From Chiloscyllium plagiosum (taxonomy: Eukaryota): DNA of 62,820 nt. A program made the position numbers and the translations under genes. The stretch lies in contig NC_057719.1 of NCBI RefSeq assembly GCF_004010195.1, forward strand, positions 64,297,218 through 64,360,037, written 5' to 3'. Shown piece by piece: positions 61,732-62,820 of the stretch. Every line of letters starts with the position of its first letter. Positions within the stretch are counted from its first letter, which is position 1. The notes under the pieces are model-generated. The model saw only the letters and a list, made by a program, of their open reading frames with translations. It was not told the origin of the DNA and ran no database searches.

Positions 61732-61940
61732 TGGAGACGCCAGTGTTGGACTGGAATGTATAAAGTTAAAAACTGCACAACACCAGTTTCAGTTTACATC
61801 ACACTGTAAACTTGTGCTATAAATTATGTGCCTTACAATCTTATTCTCCACAAGCCCCTGATGAAGGAGCAGTGCTCCGAAAGCTAGTGCTTCCAAATAA
61901 ACCTGTTGGACTATAACCTGGTGTTGTGATTTTTAACTTT
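61727..61940. mobile_element. Short non-coding element with inverted ends carrying a hammerhead (probable PLE pseudo-LTR derivative)
   Basis: AAAGTTAAAAACTGCACAACACCAG (61762-61786) is inverted to CTGGTGTTGTGATTTTTAACTTT (61918-61940). Confidence 0.7.
61852..61892 (+). ncRNA. Minimal type-I hammerhead ribozyme motif
   Basis: AAGCCC-CTGATGA-A-GGAGC agt GCTCC-GAAA-GC-TA-GTGCTT: intact core, perfect 5-bp stem II, stem I 5/6 pairs, palindromic AGCT. Confidence 0.8.
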
Positions 61941-62269
61941 CTACTAATTGATGTAGCATTCCATCGATCCTTCACTGTAGTACTTTGATTAATGTAACAT
62001 TTCACAGACCCCTTGTAACATTGCATCAGTGATCTTTATGCTTTAACCCTTCACATGCCCTTATGTTCTTTATTTTCCATATACCTCACTGCCATGTCAC
62101 TGCAGCTGGCCAAGACAGAAATTCCCCAGGTGACTGGCATTCGGAGGACTGCCGGAGACCAGGCTCCTGTTCAGCATCAGGTTGGAAAAGGCCCTGAGAC
62201 GGCAGCAGAGATTTGGTCAGGGCCCACAAGGAGGAACAGAACTGCCTCCCTCAGGGCATTGTGAGTCAA

Positions 62270-62392
62270 CACAAGCAGGTGGATTGCAGAGGTTCAGGAA
62301 GGCAGCTCACCATCACCATTTCAAGGGCAACTAGGGACGGCTCATAAATGTTGGCCAGCCAGTGATACCCACGTCCCGCAAGTGAATAAAAG
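62270..62392 (+). mobile_element. 3' end of a non-CR1 LINE
   Basis: GLQRFRKAAHHHHFKGN* followed by a tail shared with the SINE at 13352. Confidence 0.6.
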
Positions 62393-62408
62393 CAAAAGGA
62401 GTGGCAGA

Positions 62409-62820
62409 CATAGAGTCATAGAGATGTACAGCATGGAAACAGACCCTTCGGTCCAACCCGTCCATGCCGATCAGATATCCCAACCCAATCTAGTCTCACC
62501 TGCCAGCACCTGGCCCACATCCCTCCAAACTCTTCCTATTCATATACCCATCCAAATGCCTCTTAAATGTTGCAATTGTATCAGCCTCCACCACTTCCTC
62601 TGGCAGCTCATTCCATACACGTACCACCCTCTGCTGCCCCTTAGGTCTCTTTTATATCTTTCCCCTCTTATCCTAAACCTATGCCCTCTAGTTCTGGACT
62701 CCCCGACCCCAGGAAAAAGACTTTGTCCATTTTTCTTATCCATGTCCCTCATAATTTTATAAACCTCTATAAGGTCACCCCTCAGCCTCCGATGCTCCAG
62801 GGAAAACAGCCCCAGTCTGT
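62409..62820 (-). mobile_element. CR1 3' fragment, runs off window end
   Basis: Close match to 30498-30915. Confidence 0.92.

Noticed and set aside
366..62762. Remaining short ORFs in the six-frame track
   Set aside because: Antisense or alternate frames of exons and repeats, or random ORFs without recognisable motifs
1..62820. Prokaryotic systems (CRISPR arrays, operons, defence islands, phage)
   Set aside because: Spliced vertebrate genes and eukaryotic retroelements; no regularly spaced repeat-spacer array seen

Overview
Vertebrate nuclear DNA, most likely from a shark or other elasmobranch (inferred from HE1/V-SINEs, CR1 LINEs sharing their tail, and Deu-type SINEs). Two spliced genes converge tail to tail. 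On the + strand are the last 18 coding exons of ZFYVE26/spastizin (1048-37472). They join in frame to 944 aa plus stop and include the FYVE finger. On the - strand are the last 6 coding exons of an RDH12-like retinol dehydrogenase (57545-45365); its first coding exon was not found in the window. Introns and the intergenic spacer are full of CR1 and L2 LINE fragments, several SINE families, a TA-flanked MITE, a putative solo LTR and at least two families of Penelope-like elements (PLE). The most interesting non-gene signal is a set of minimal type-I hammerhead ribozyme motifs in PLE-type terminal repeats. Two keep an intact catalytic core (44679-44720 and 61852-61892, both +) and several are decayed. 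A SINE tail also appears to supply the branch point of the FYVE exon. Repeat boundaries are approximate (read by eye); exon boundaries were checked for AG/GT and frame continuity. One assembly gap is present (31033-31247).
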